Positions 49,601 through 64,000 of a stretch of 64,000 bases of DNA are shown piece after piece; the stretch's first letter is position 1, and each line of letters opens with the position of its first letter. Position numbers and translations under genes: made by a program. The notes below the pieces were generated by a model, which did no database searches, had not been told where the DNA came from, and saw only the letters and a program-made list of their open reading frames with translations. Source of the stretch: Blastocystis sp. Blastoise. Its lineage: Eukaryota; Protista; Bigyra: Opalinata. The stretch is taken from contig JBBPEB010000011.1 of assembly GCA_039096225.1 (NCBI GenBank), positions 558,001 through 622,000 on the forward strand, in the 5' to 3' direction.

Positions 49601-52600
49601 CAATCCAAATTGGCCAGAAATCTTAGAATCATTAGAAGAAGGTCAACAACCTTGGATGAGACCTGATATAGTAGATAGAGTATTTTATATAAAATTGAAA
49701 ATCTTAACTCATTTGATAACAAACTTTAAAGTATTTGGAGAAGTAAAATGTTTATGTTATTCAATAGAATATCAAAAGAGAGGAATGCCTCATGCACATA
49801 TTTTAATTACTTTAGAGAATGAATATAAATTAAGAACTCCTGAAGATATAGATTCCTATATATGTGCAGAAATTCCTGATCCTATAAAGAATCCAAGATT
49901 ATATGAAATTATTACTTCAATGAATATGCATGGTCCTCATACAAGAACATCTCAATGTATGAAAGAAATAAATGGTCAACAATATTGTTCAAAGAAATTT
50001 CCAAAAGAATATAGAAATGAAACTACAATAAATGAAGATGGATATCCAAATTATAGAAGAAGAGATAATGGTAGAGTATATGTAATAGGTAGGCAATCAA
50101 ATGTAAATAATACTTTAGATAATAGATGGGTAGTTCCATATAATCCATATTTATCATTAAGAATAGGTTGCCATATTAATGTAGAAGTATGTTCTTCTGT
50201 AAGAAGTCCTAAATATATATTTAAATATGCTTTTAAAGGACATGATTCTATTAATGCAGAAATAGAAAGAGAAGATAATACTAATAATAATACTAATAAT
50301 AATAATCCAAATAATTCAAATAGAAATGAAATAGAAATACCAAATGAAATGAAATCTTATTTAAAAGGAAGATATTTATCAGCTCCTGAAGCAATGTGGA
50401 GAATATATGGATTTCCAATAAAGTATTGTAATGTGAGTGTAATTACTTTAGATATTCATGATGAGAATGATAGAACTGTATATTATGTAGAAGGAGATGA
50501 AGAAAGAGCTTTAGATAGAATAATGAATCAAGATACAATGTTAACAGCATATTTTAAAATGAATGATTTATATATAAATGAAGAATCAAGAGGAACAATG
50601 GATGAACCCTCTATTTTAACTTATATAGAATTTCCTAAATATTATACATATGATTCAAAATTAAAGAAATGGAATCATAGAAGAAGAAATAATAAAGTAA
50701 TAGGAAGACTTCCTTATATAGATCCTACAAATGATAATTTATTTTGTTTAAGAATACTTTTATTACATGTAAGTCGTCCATTAAGTTTTGATGATTTAAA
50801 ATGTTATGAAGGCCAAATATATAATACATATAGAGAATCCTGTATAGCAAGAGGATTATTAGTAGATGATACAGAATATTATGATATTCTTGCAAATGAA
50901 GTAATAGATGCTACTCCTTGGCAATTAAGACAATTATTTGGTTTACTTTGTTCTTATTATCCTATTACTGATCCATTATCTATTTGGAATACTTATAGGA
51001 ATGATATGATAGATGATTTCTTTCATCAATATATAAATGAATATATAAGTATAGATAGACAAGATGCATATGTATTAGATTCAGAAGATAATGAAGTGAA
51101 TAGAATAATAGAAGAATATTGTATACCTAGAGCATTAAATCATATAAGAAGTGTCATAGATACAAATAAACATAATGGAGGATATCAAAGTACTAATTTA
51201 CCACAATTTGATAATAATACTAATATGATAGATTATGAATCTGAAGGAATTAATTTTGAAGAAGATCATAGAATAGCAGAAAGAAATATAAGTTTATTAA
51301 ATGAAGGACAAAGAAGAGTATATGAATCAATAATGGAATCAGTGAATAATAATGAACCTCATAGAAATAATATGTTTTTTATAGATGGACCAGGAGGAAC
51401 TGGAAAAACATTTCTTTATAATACAATAATTAAATCAATAAGAAATAATATAGATGATGTGATAGCAGTTGCATGGACAGGTATTGCAGCTACTTTATTA
51501 TGTGGAGGAAAAACATCTCATTCACAATTTGGATTACCTTTTGAATTAAATGAATCTTCTTCTTCTTCTATTTCAAGAGGATCTCCAAGAGCAGAACAAA
51601 TTAAGAAATGTAAAATAATAATATGGGATGAAGCTCCTATGGCTTCTAAATATGCTTTAAAAGTAGTTGATCGATTATTAAGATTCTTATATAATGATGA
51701 GATAGATATTCCATTTGCAGGTAAAACAATAGTATTAGGTGGAGATTTTAGACAATGTTTACCAGTAGTAGCTCATGGAAAAGAAGCTGATATTGTTCCT
51801 TTATGTATTAAATATTTAGATATTTGGAATGAATTTAATCAATTTCAATTAACAGAAAATATGAGAGCAAATGCAAATGAAATAGAATTTAAAGAATTCT
51901 TATTGAAGATAGGAAATGGTGAGAGATGTAATAATGAATTAAGATTATTATCAAAAGATAAAGTACATATTCCAAGAGAATGCATTTGTGATGAGAATAT
52001 AGGTGAAGAAATATTTCATGAATTTATTAATGATTCAAATACAGATATATATAGACAGAAATTAGCTTCAAATTGTATATTATGTGCAACAAATGAACAA
52101 GCATATTTAATTAATGAAATAATTCAAAATATGATAAGATCAAGTTCTCATCATTATTATAGTCATGATGAATTAGCAGAAGAAGTAGAAGATATAGATG
52201 AAAGAGATGCTTATAGTACAGAATATTTAAATAGTTTAATTCCTCAAGGATGTCCACCTCATGATTTAGAATTGAAAAGAGGTTCAGTTATTATGTTATT
52301 AAGAAATTTAGATATAAAGAGAGGATTATGTAATGGAACGAGATTAGTAGTATTAGATACAAAACCAAATGTAATAAGAAGTCAATTATTAGTAAGAACT
52401 GATAATATGTTAGAAGGACAAGATATAGTATTGATTCCAAGAATTAAATTTATAGTAGACGATAGTGATTTACCATGTAAGTTAAGTAGAAAACAATTTC
52501 CTGTCAGATTAGCTTTTGCTATGACTATTAATAAATCACAAGGTCAAACATTTCAAAATGTAGGTATTTATTTAGAAAAACCTGTATTTAGTCATGGTCA

Positions 52601-52742
52601 ATTATATGTTGCTTTAAGTAGAGTACGTTCTTTTCATGGTATAAAAATGTTTATAAAGAATGATAATATTAATCAAGGTCAATTAATCAGAAATAGTAAT
52701 GAATGGTTTACGAAAAATTGTGTATTTAATGGAGTATTATAA
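46693..52742 (+). CDS. Helitron RepHel (HUH/Y2 Rep + Pif1-like SF1 helicase) with spliced N-terminal low-complexity exon
   Basis: GKPDLFITMTCNPNWPEI, EYQKRGMPHAHIL, KYIFKYAFKG, DGPGGTGKT, IWDEAPM, GGDFRQCLPV, FAMTINKSQGQT, HGQLYVALSRV. Intron 47809-47880 joins ORF 46749 in frame to ORF 47961. Confidence 0.95.
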
Positions 52743-53592
52743 TTTATTTTTGTTGTTGTATTTTGTTTTATATTTTTTTCGATTTTCTAATTTTTCTTAT
52801 TTTTCTTATTGTTTATGAATACTTTTTGTTAATTTTCAATTTTAAATTGTATATTTGTTTATTTTTATTTGTTAATAATTAATTCTTAAAATTTATATTG
52901 TTTAGTTTATAATTCTTTATCATTATCAAAAGAAAATAAATAAATAACAAAAAACAAGAAATAATTGACTGAAATAGACTTAATAGATACATAGCATCGG
53001 CGAAGCCGATGCCACCCGCTAGTTATTATAAAAGGAATATAATAATAATAATATACATCAATAAATAAAGAGTTATTTACCTATAATAATAATAGTAATA
53101 ATAGTAATATATGATAGGCTATATGATATACTAAACATGAGTGTATTGATTGATAAATCATTGAGAATTGAGTGTGATGTTGATAACATTCAAAATGCAA
53201 GCTATATACATAAAATAACTAAATTAGCAAGTTTTTAATAAAAATAAATGAAATATAATGAAATATTAAATAATATATACATAATAATGAAATAATTGTT
53301 AATAAAAAATAAATGATAACAACAATATAAAAGAATAAGAACTAAAATTTGAAAAGATTTTTATTATTGTTTATACAAAAAAAAATATTTATCGCAAAAA
53401 ATTTCTAGAAATTTCTCAAATAATCATATATAGACAAATATTTACCAATGATATTTTTTATAATTTATGGCTATTATTTTTCAGTACTACTTCGTCATAA
53501 CAAATCTTTAAATTCGTGATTATGACGCTATTATTTTTGTAGGAAAATGTGTTTTTATCAAATGCGTCATCCATTTTCTTCCAATCATATTT

Positions 53593-54322
53593 CTAAATAT
53601 ATATATTTGATTTTATATATTTTATATATGTAAATACTAAAAACGAGTTTTTGATTATTTTTTTATCAATTATTACTTCTCCGCTACTATTAATAATATT
53701 GAAACCAAAGGATGAAGGTAAATTCCCATTTTTCTTTTTATCATAGAGAGCATCTTTTACAATTCTTATAATTATATAATCATCTACTCTACTTTTTTCA
53801 AATGACAGCATATACTCTTTTATAATCAGTAAAATTAAATTTAAAAGTCTGTTTTCATCATCTATGTAAATATTTTCTTTGTCATTTTTGAAAATATGTT
53901 CAGCATCCTTTAGATCACGATCAGTCAATACATAAGGTAAAACCCTGAGGCATTTCTATTTAAAAAATCATGATTAAAAAAGAAAATTTAAAATTAGGAT
54001 TTAAAATACTTTTATTATTTTTGTAGAATGCATGCTTGACGGTACCTTTATTCCCCTTTTTAAAGCTTCTCGCCTAAATGCAATTTCTAAGTCATATGTT
54101 AAATAACTCTTTCCTTGAGAATCTAAAAAATAATATCATGAATACAAAGATAAAACTACTATCTGTATCAGAATGAGCTAATCCATTGAAGAATTCATGA
54201 CTAGCATGTAGAAGTTCAACTTTAAACTTCTTAATTTTTTTGGTTTCTTCATTTGTTAAAGATTTCTGCCTTTATTGTTTTTCTAATAGGTTATACATAC
54301 GATATAAATACTTTTTTGGCAT
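53593..54322 (-). pseudogene. Degenerate spliced accessory gene divergent from the transposase
   Basis: Exon-like segments with GT-AG boundaries and a 111-aa terminal ORF, but the frames do not join cleanly. Confidence 0.35.
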
Positions 54323-55128
54323 CTCGTAGCTTTTAAAATGATATAAAAGCGAAAAAGTATTATTTTTAGTATTTTGCTTTAAATTTTTTGTTTTTTTTTT
54401 TATACAAATAAGTTGTGTAATGGTTAAATATCAAATATTAATTCTTAAATATTTATCTTTAGTTTGAGAAAACATTGTGTTTTTAAGTTTTATGTCATAA
54501 TACGTTTACAATCTACTATTTTTAGTCTCAATTTGATAAAATTAGTAAAAAAACACATAAATTTTATTATTATTATATTAAAATACAATGAATAATTCAA
54601 ATATGTGTGCATTATATATATATAATAAAGCTAATAAAAGAATCAAAATATTTTTAATTTTTTGTTTTAATAATAATTACTCAGGAATAAAAACTCATCT
54701 AATAATAATCTTTTCATATTTCATTTAAATAAATTACATTAAAAGAAATATGATAATTGATTATAAATAAATATTTATTCATACGACAAGCTTCACAAAA
54801 AAAAAGTAAAATAGAGTAGAATCTTTACATATTCCCGTAAATATGAATTATTTCTATTTCAATATAACTTTGAATACAAGCTGAAATATATATTAAATAC
54901 AGGTCTTATATTTCTTAATATATATTTAAAAAGCACGAAAATACTTAAAATAGTCATAAAAATAGTATAATACACAAAATATAAATACTGATCATAATTA
55001 TTCTTTTATAGACTGAATAATCACAGAGAACTGTGTTAATAACATAAGGAAGAAGCTCATTATAACATTTAGAAATCTATTACACTTTAATATATACATA
55101 TAGTGAATTATTAGTTCTAAATTGAGAA

Positions 55129-58100
55129 ATGTCAAATAGAACATATAAAGGTAGTGGCTATAAAGCTAAAAGAAGAACAATATCACGTTTACGAACATTA
55201 TTTGATAGTCTACCGGAATTAGTTTTAAACAATTCTCCTACTGCAACTTATAATGATAGTGTCGAAAATGATGAGATTTATGAAGAGAGCTTTAGTAATA
55301 ATCAGGAGTTGTTGGTAGAAAAATTAATAGAATCAATACTAAATGATAAAGTATATATTTATATAAATTGTATAGAAAGTATTATTGTTTCTCTTTAGAA
55401 TCAAATAAAGGATATACATAAAGGAAATATAGAACGAATTGAAGAGGTAATACTTAATTGTTGGATATCATTAAAAACTAGCATGCAAAACATCAAGCCT
55501 TTATTTGAACTTGTGAATAAAATAATAGATATTTTGTCTCTACCAATAAATAAACTTACTATTCCAAAAAATGGTCAAGAGGCTGTTAGAAGATTGATGA
55601 AATATGCTCAATATAGACCAACTCAGCGAAATATTTATCTTTGTAGTTCATGTAACTCTTTTATTGGTTTTAATAAAGGACAGAAACAGATTGATAGAAG
55701 TAAAAGAAAGTGTAAAGACTTATCATGTAAAGTCTCCAAATGTAAATATCTTATTATTATTTAAATATTTATACTTATTATTAATACTTATATAAAGGTA
55801 GAAAGATAACAATAATACCTTTGATTCCTAGGATACGTGTTCTTCTACGTTCCCCTTTATTGATCAATGATATTAGCTACTTTACCAAAGAAGATGTTTT
55901 GAATATAATAAGATGTAATAATAAATCTGAATTTAAAGGTCCAATGTATTTAATGAGTAAAAACTATAAACAATATATAGATAAGGTAATCAACAATGGT
56001 GATATCTTTCTTGTGTTTACTCTAACCTGTGATGGAATAAGCATTTTCTCTCATTCACTTAGCGAATATAATAAATCATCATTTCCAATATTATTAAAAT
56101 TATTAAACTATAACTATAAAAGACAATATGATAAACGAACTTTCTGGACATATACAGTTTCCTCTGAGAATTTTAGTGATAATATACTCTCTATAATTGT
56201 TGAAGAGTTTAAACAATTAGAAAAGGGTATAGATATGGATGTTTATATTCATGGTATGTTACAAAGGAAAAAAGTTGTTTCAATTCTATTGAATGTTTCT
56301 GGAGATTGCGCTGCAATATCAAGCATTGGACATTTTACAGGATCAGCTTCTTCTTTTCCTTGCAGATGTTGTGAGTTGGAGTGGAAACGTGATGATAAGA
56401 GTTTTCATCAAGGCATTAAGTGCTCCTTTTCGCATGTGTCTGATCTCGTAAATAAAGATGAGATGACAGACCAACTTCACAGCATCAGATTTCCAATTAT
56501 GCCATATAAAGGTATATTATTATTATATCAATTTATTATATTAATAGTAGTACATCTATTTATTATATTAATAGTATTACATCTATTTATTATATTAATA
56601 TTATTACATCTATTTATTATATTAATAGTATTATTACATCTATTTATTATATTAATAGTATTATTACATCTATTTATTATATTAATAGTATTATTACATC
56701 TATTTATTATATTAATAGTATTACATCTATTTATTATATTGATAGTATTACATCTATTTATTATATTAATAGTATTATATCAATTTATTATATTAATAGC
56801 ATTATTACATCTATTTATTATATTAATATTATTACATCTATTTATTATATTAGTATTATTATTATATCAATTTATTATATTAATAGTATTATTACATTTA
56901 TTTATTATATTAATAGTATTATTACATCTATTTATTATATTAATAGTATTACATCTATTTATTATATTAATATTATTACATCTATTTATTATATTAATAG
57001 TATTATTACATCTATTTATTATATTAATAGTATTATTACATCTATTTATTATATTAATAGTATTATTACATCTATTTATTATATTAATAGTATTACATCT
57101 ATTTATTATATTGATAGTATTACATCTATTTATTATATTAATAGTATTACATCTATTTATTATATTAATAGTATTATTACATTTATTTATTATATTAATA
57201 GTATTATATCAATTTATTATATTAATAGCATTATTACATCTATTTATTATATTAATATTATTACATCTATTTATTATATTAGTATTATTATTATATCAAT
57301 TTATTATATTAATAGTATTATTACATCTATTTATTATATTAATAGTATTATTACATCTATTTATTATATTAATAGTATTACATCTATTTATTATATTAAT
57401 ATTATTACATCTATTTATTATATTAATAGTATTATTACATCTATTTATTATATTAATAGTATTATTACATCTATTTATTATATTAATAGTATTATTACAT
57501 CTATTTATTATATTAATAGTATTACATCTATTTATTATATTGATAGTATTACATCTATTTATTATATTAATAGTATTACATCTATTTATTATATTAATAG
57601 TATTATTACATTTATTTATTATATTAATAGTATTATATCAATTTATTATATTAATAGCATTATTACATCTATTTATTATATTAATATTATTACATCTATT
57701 TATTATATTAGTATTATTATTATATCAATTTATTATATTAATAGTATTATTACATTTATTTATTATATTAATAGTATTATTACATCTATTTATTATATTA
57801 ATAGTATTACATCTATTTATTATATTAATATTATTACATCTATTTATTATATTAATAGTATTATTACATCTATTTATTATATTAATAGTATTATTACATC
57901 TATTTATTATATTAATAGTATTATTACATCTATTTATTATATTAATAGTATTACATCTATTTATTATATTGATAGTATTACATCTATTTATTATATTAAT
58001 AGTATTACATCTATTTATTATATTAATAGTATTATTACATTTATTTATTATATTAATAGTATTATATCAATTTATTATATTAATAGCATTATTACATCTA

Positions 58101-60641
58101 TTTATTATATTAATATTATTACATCTATTTATTATATTAGTATTATTATTATATCAATTTATTATATTAATAGTATTATTACATCTATTTATTATATTAA
58201 TAGTATTATTACATCTATTTATTATATTAATAGTATTATTACATCTATTTATTATATTAATAGTATTATATCTATTTATTATATTAATAGTATTATATCA
58301 ATTTATTATATTAATATTATTACATCTATTTATTATATTAGTATTATTATTATATCAATTTATTATATTAATATTATTACATCTATTTATTATATTAATA
58401 GTATTATATCAATTTATTATATTAATAGCATTATTACATCTATTTATTATATTAATATTATTACATCTATTTATTATATTAATAGTATTATATCAATTTA
58501 TTATATTAATATTATTACATCTATTTATTATATTAGTATTATTATTATATCAATTTATTATATTAATATTATTATTACATCAATTTATTATATTAATATT
58601 ATTACATCTATTTCTTATATTAATATTATTACATCTATTTATTATATTAATATTATTATTACATCAATTTATTATATTAATATTATTACATCTATTTCTT
58701 ATATTAATATTATTATTACATCAATTTATTATATTAATACTATTACATCTATTTATTATATTAATATTATTATACATATATATAGACAATGAAGAAAAGC
58801 ATTATACTGTTTTAGTTAATTCATTGCCTAATAAAATTTGCTATAATGATGCATACTCTACGAATACATACCAAAATAGAACTTATGAGTCTATTAAACA
58901 GTATAGACTTTTCGGTATACAGGATGGATCATTTAAGGGTATAAAATGTGTACCAAGCTGTTTCGAAAGATTATCTTACTTTGATACATCATCAAGTTTT
59001 CCCATAGATACGATGCATCTCTTTAACAACATTGTTACACTTCTTCTTTCTTTATTATTTCATTACAATTCAGATAAATACTCTTCTTTAATAGCCAAGA
59101 CATTTTTAAATAATGAAAACGAAAATGAAGATATAGATAATACATCCCATAGCGTAAACACTGAAAATAATAATGAAGCTACCTCTAATTATGCAAAAGT
59201 TAAAGCAGATAAAATAGTATCTGGTTTTCGTCTTAACAAGGAAAATATGAATATACTTAACACTCGGATAAATGATATTAACACGTTTTACAATAAGTAC
59301 GAATATGAATTCCGATTTGCTCTAAATGAGAAGAAATTTTGGTATTTATCATCTCATACAAGAATCTTTTTTTTCTCTGTTATATTACCTTTAATAACTA
59401 ACGATTTTAATATGAAAGACTCTCCCATTATATTATTGATAAATCCTTTAGCGACGATAATACGTATAATAGAAATAGAATCTCTATCATTATCTAATGA
59501 TTCAATAGACATTCTACAAAGACAATGCTATCTATTTTGTTTTTTATGTGACCTATTGCTCCCAAAAGAAATTATCAATAGTCAGATACATTTAATTCAG
59601 CATCTTTCAGATTCTATTAAGTCTAATGGATCTTCAACTTATGGATGTACTTATCAATCGGAACGATTTTATTCACATATAAAACGAATGACTTTCGGAA
59701 GGCTATGTTTCAATGAATCAAGTTTAAGATGTTTAGTACAAGATGAGATTTGTAATATTAATATTAATAATAATGTATTTGATATAAATAATAATCATAA
59801 TAATATTGATTATCCTTTAATATTAAACGAATCACAAAATATAACGGAAAATAATAGTTATTCCTTTCCAGAATTTAGGAAAATTGTCTATACAAGCAAT
59901 AGTAATATCGTAAATTTTAGAGGATTAAGAGAAGCATCGAATAAAACATTGAACGAAGAAGAAATATATTATCTACTTAAAGAATTACTTTTATCAGGGA
60001 ATATGGAAATAAAAAAAATATTATTAACCCATATAAATATAGATAATACTACAAATCTATTAGATCTATTAGACTCTGTGCTATCTTATACAAGATTAAA
60101 GGAAAACATGAAGTTGTTACAAATGTATTATTATTCCGAAATATTAGTAAATGAAAATTTAGTTTTTACTTCTACAGATGAATATGAAGGTATTGAAAAA
60201 ATTGATAACTCATATATCGCGTATTCACTGGATAAAGATCATCCAAAAGACTCTATTCATTTGATAAAAGCACTATACTATATTCAGATATATGATGTAG
60301 TACTAATTAGAAAACATGAATATCCTCAGCCACATAAATCAACCACTAATATTTTTTTCATTATAAATGACTCAAATAATGTAGTACCTTCGAATTCAAA
60401 ATATGGATCACCTTTTTTATCATTAACTCATATTATACCTGATAATATGGTAGTTTCTGATATACATAATAATAATATAGATGAGGAATCACATTCTAAA
60501 GTATATACTACTTATTCATATATATATATTAATACTATTAATGTTTATCATAGACAAATATTCGAAAGAACCAATCCAGTATTCCAGTTTATAATCCGGA
60601 ATCAATTCAAACATCAACAGTATTTACTTCACGTTATTTAG
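55129..60641 (+). CDS. CACTA/EnSpm-type DDE transposase (Transposase_21/DUF4218-like); 4 exons
   Basis: YLCSSC...C zinc knuckle, IPLIPRIRVLL, LTCDGISIF...SSFPILL, VSGDCAA...FPCRCC, FPIDTMHLFNN, HLIQHL...TYQSERF. Introns ~55350-55398, ~55742-55797 and 56512-58785. Confidence 0.88.
56512..58785 (+). repeat. Intronic 27/30-bp minisatellite with a 429-bp higher-order period
   Basis: Unit TTACATCTATTTATTATATTAATAGTA(TTA). Variant TTGATAG at ~56741, 57113, 57542 and 57971. Bounded by G|GTATAT and TATAG|AC. Confidence 0.92.
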
Positions 60642-60893
60642 AATCAATCCAATCATTTTTTTAATTTTTCTGTTATATTTATAATATAGTTTATTAATCA
60701 ATAATCTCTATAAGATTTATTATATATATTTTATGTATATTTTCTAAATAGTATTTATAATAAGAACTGCAACATCGGTTTATTCTTTTGTTTATTAATA
60801 ATATAAATTTATGTTTATATCTAGTTAATTACAAGCATTGTAATTAAACGTAAGAATGCACCATATTTTCATATAATCAGTATATAAGTGTCA

Positions 60894-60927
<34 letters not shown>

Positions 60928-61526
60928 TGATTTTGAAAAATTCATATAACTTGAGACATTACTCCATGTATTAAAAAGATGACATGTTGCAATTTTAGAT
61001 TAACACTCAGCTGTATATCGTAATAGAAATTGTTCTTATCATTTCAGCATTTTGCTAATCAATTTAGCTTTATTTTATTCATATATTTATTCTTTAACAT
61101 GCAAAGGTACATATCAATAATAATAATATTACGCACTTATTTTTGAACGAAGGAATATAATTAATCATTTATAGAAGAAAAAAGTAATAAGGAAGATATG
61201 GAAGTTACATTAAGTTTATATTTACAAAAGAATACAAAAAGGAGAGCGACTAGGATGAAGATAAAAACGTTAAGATAATCATACACGTTTTAAAAGAAAG
61301 GTAAATAGAAGGAATTAAAATAATCTATGAAAAAAATAAGAATACTGATTATGGACAGCAATAGATATCCAAAAGAAATAATTGGAGAAAAGTTAAAAAG
61401 GAAAAATCAAGTAATGATGAAGAGTAAGTATAGTAACACTACCTAATTAGGATAGAAATGGATTAGTACAAGAATACAAATATATAAATCCCAAAAAGAG
61501 TAGAAAAAGAAACAAGACACAAATAG

Positions 61527-61930
61527 GAGTAGAGAAGCAGGTATAAAAGCAAAAATTAGAAGATAAAGATAAATAAGAAGGATTAGAAGAAGAAGAGGAA
61601 GACAGAGTAAAAGAAGAAGAAGAATGAGTAGAGAAGCAAGTATAAAAGCAAAAATTAGAAGATAAAGATAAATAAGAAGGATTAGAAGAAGAAGAGGAAG
61701 ACAGAGTAAAAGAAGAAGAAGAATGAGTAGAGAAGCAAGTATAAAAGCAAAAATTAGAAGATAAAGATAAATAAGAAGGATTAGAAGAAGAAGAGGAAGA
61801 TAGAGTAAAAGAAGAAGAAGAATGAGTAGAGAAGCAGGTATAAAAGCAAAAATTAGAAGATAAAGATAAATAAGAAGGATTAGGAGAAGAAGAGGAAGAC
61901 AGAGTAAAAGAAGAAGAAGAATGAGTAGAG
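61527..61930. repeat. 99-bp purine-rich tandem repeat x4
   Basis: GAGTAGAGAA starts at 61527, 61626, 61725, 61824 and 61923. Confidence 0.93.
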
Positions 61931-64000
61931 AAAATGCTAGTAAGAAAGTACAACGTGACTAAAAATATCATGAAATAAAATATAAGTTGATAAATAGTCG
62001 TATAATTATTGTATCATCAGGAATAATAAAGAAATATTATACGATAATAAAGCGTAACTGAATAGTATTAATGATATGTATTGAAAACAAGAAGTATCAT
62101 ATTTGTTGGAAATCTTCACGAATGTGAAACAAAAAGAAAACAGCTTTAGAAATTAAAACAAAATTGTTTTTAGAAAAAGTACAATTTGAATAAGATAAAG
62201 AATATTAAAGTAGCAACAATTTCATGAGGAATAGGAAAAACTATAAGAATAAGAAGAAACAGAATGAAGAGTAATAAATTAAGGAGAAGAAATGAAAAAT
62301 AGTAGTATCAAAATATGATCAATGAAGTAAAAACGGAAAGAGAAACATCAATTTAACACTGAATGAAAAGAGTATTAGACACAATGAAAAATAATAAATA
62401 TAATAAAAGAAAGAAGCGAATGTAATAAATAAGCCAAAAATAAACATAGAAGAAAACTATGATATATACTAAGATGATTAGTATAGGAAAAAAATAAAGA
62501 TGAAGACAAGAACATAATATCAAAAATACTAGAGTATAAGAAGAATTAGAATCATTGATATTTGCATTTTCGTATAATCAATAATAGAAGAGGATGAATA
62601 ATGGATAAAGTATGAAGATTAAAAAAATAATTAGTGACAAAAAGAAGAGTCAGTATTATTGAGAAGATACATATGAGTAGACATAGCTATACCAGAAGCG
62701 ACTATTGGAGTATTAAAGCCAGAAATACATAATATCAAAGATAGGTAGTAAATAACCTTAAATAAACAAGATAAATATGAAGATTAGAATATAAGTACAG
62801 ACTAAGTAATAAAAATAAATAGTTATACAGATGATTAGCTAAGTAATAATACATGTATTAGGAACGTATATAAAGAAAGAAAAAACGAATTTAATAAGGA
62901 GAAAAATACCATTATTATAGTAGAAAGATATAAACAATAAAAAAAGATAAAGAAGGAATTAACCTAAACATATTAAAGAAAATACAAAGAGAATCATAAA
63001 TAGAACAAGAAGAGTAAAGTGTAAGAAAGAAAATGAAGATTAAAAATATAAGAAAAGAATAAATGAATGAATTATTATGAAGTTAGCCTAAAATTAAAAA
63101 CGATGAAATAGTAGAAGAATATGGAGTATTTCTATTTTGACATTTAAAAAATAAGGATAGAAGTGTCTGAACAAATAAAATTAATATTGAGTATTAGCAA
63201 AAAGTAGTAAGATAAGAAATAATTGTAAGAAACATTTAAGCGCAATATCGGAAGCAAAAGATAAGCTAATTAAAATATGATTGTAAAAAGGTGCCACAGA
63301 CATGCGACTAATAAAAAGAGGGTAGTATTAGTAACATGAGAAACGGAAGAATTATTAATTTAGAAGCAGAAGAAACTATAGTATTATAAGCAATCATTTT
63401 AGAAGAGGAAAACCAACAAAGAAAAATATTAGCATATAACTATAGTTTGATTAAGCAATATAAAGAACAAGAAGAAGACTATTAAGACCAGAAATAGTAA
63501 AAAAAGCACTAATACTGGAGGAATAAAAGAATAGTATGAATAATAAGAATAGCATGAATATTATCAATAAATGATAAATGATCGAACTGATACGAATTGC
63601 TAAATGTAACAACAAAGATAGTTGAATCTAGAAACTATCTAAATAATTATAGAAACTGTTAGAAGATAATAATTGCAACATAGTGTAAATTGAAGATGCT
63701 GAGAATGTAGGAGAAAAATAGAATCTAAAAAGAAAGTACATCGTAGTTAAAGTGAAATGTTAAGGAGTAAAAATATTAAAAAAAATAAAATAACTAAAAA
63801 CATAAAGACAGAAGGAAGAAAAGAGATATAGCTAATCATAATAAAATTAGTAGTGGAAACAATTTCTGATAAGAATAAGTACCAAACTGAAGCGAAACAA
63901 ATAGGAAAGTAAAAACATAGGGAAATATTTTAAGACCATTAGAAACTTATAGTTACGCTTATATAATAAAATAATCATAAAATCCTTTTTGATTTTTTTC

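Larger units (their letters stand above)
40176..53022 (+). mobile_element. Autonomous Helitron (~12.8 kb) with passenger genes
   Basis: A|TCTTATATATAAAAGGG 5' end; 3' hairpin 52994-53012 and CTAG|T; intact RepHel. Confidence 0.93.
53485..60700 (+). mobile_element. CACTA/EnSpm (CMC superfamily) DNA transposon; right end not identified
   Basis: Transposase gene; candidate left end TACTAC at 53485 followed by CGTCAT/ATGACG subterminal motifs. Confidence 0.65.

Noticed and set aside
55821-60641. 1,606-aa ORF read as a giant polytopic membrane protein
   Set aside because: The hydrophobic 758 aa come from a GT-AG bounded minisatellite; removing it yields a normal CACTA transposase.
61447-61971. 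174-aa Ser-rich minus-strand ORF
   Set aside because: It is the stop-free strand of the 99-bp repeat, with no independent coding evidence.
63845-63860. GTAGTG as the right CACTA terminal repeat
   Set aside because: The flanking bases do not complement the candidate left end (TACTACTTCGTCAT), and subterminal ATGACG motifs are absent.

Overview
Very AT-rich, intron-rich protist DNA read in the standard genetic code; a Blastocystis-like stramenopile is a low-confidence guess. The window has three zones. (1) About 1-19 kb, possibly to ~22.4 kb, is the right part of an endogenous Polinton-like virus (PLV). It encodes a Dam-type adenine methyltransferase (cut by the window edge), an SSB-like protein, an AEP primase-SF3/D5 helicase, a tyrosine recombinase, two penton-like genes, two paralogous major capsid genes, an A32-type packaging ATPase and GxG-motif core-like proteins. 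It is followed by two short-intron genes, a ~244-bp tandem repeat and a 117-nt GC-rich hairpin. (2) About 23-36 kb holds five spliced host genes: a degenerate ERMP1/M28 peptidase, a tandem dynein-light-chain protein with TM helices, an organellar SerRS, a VAMP7-like longin R-SNARE and SmE. They contain three clear U12-type AT-AC introns and one intron best explained by TT...AT termini. (3) About 37-64 kb is a transposon cluster: a 2.7-kb non-autonomous Helitron, a 12.8-kb autonomous Helitron carrying a gene built from ~25 tandem 27-nt microexons, a CACTA/EnSpm transposase with a 2,274-nt stop-free minisatellite intron, and decayed repeats. The most notable signals are the PLV gene set with codon-level GATC avoidance, five ORF junctions in the PLV that all need a +1 shift, the non-canonical splicing, and the microexon array. 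All counts and alignments were done by eye.
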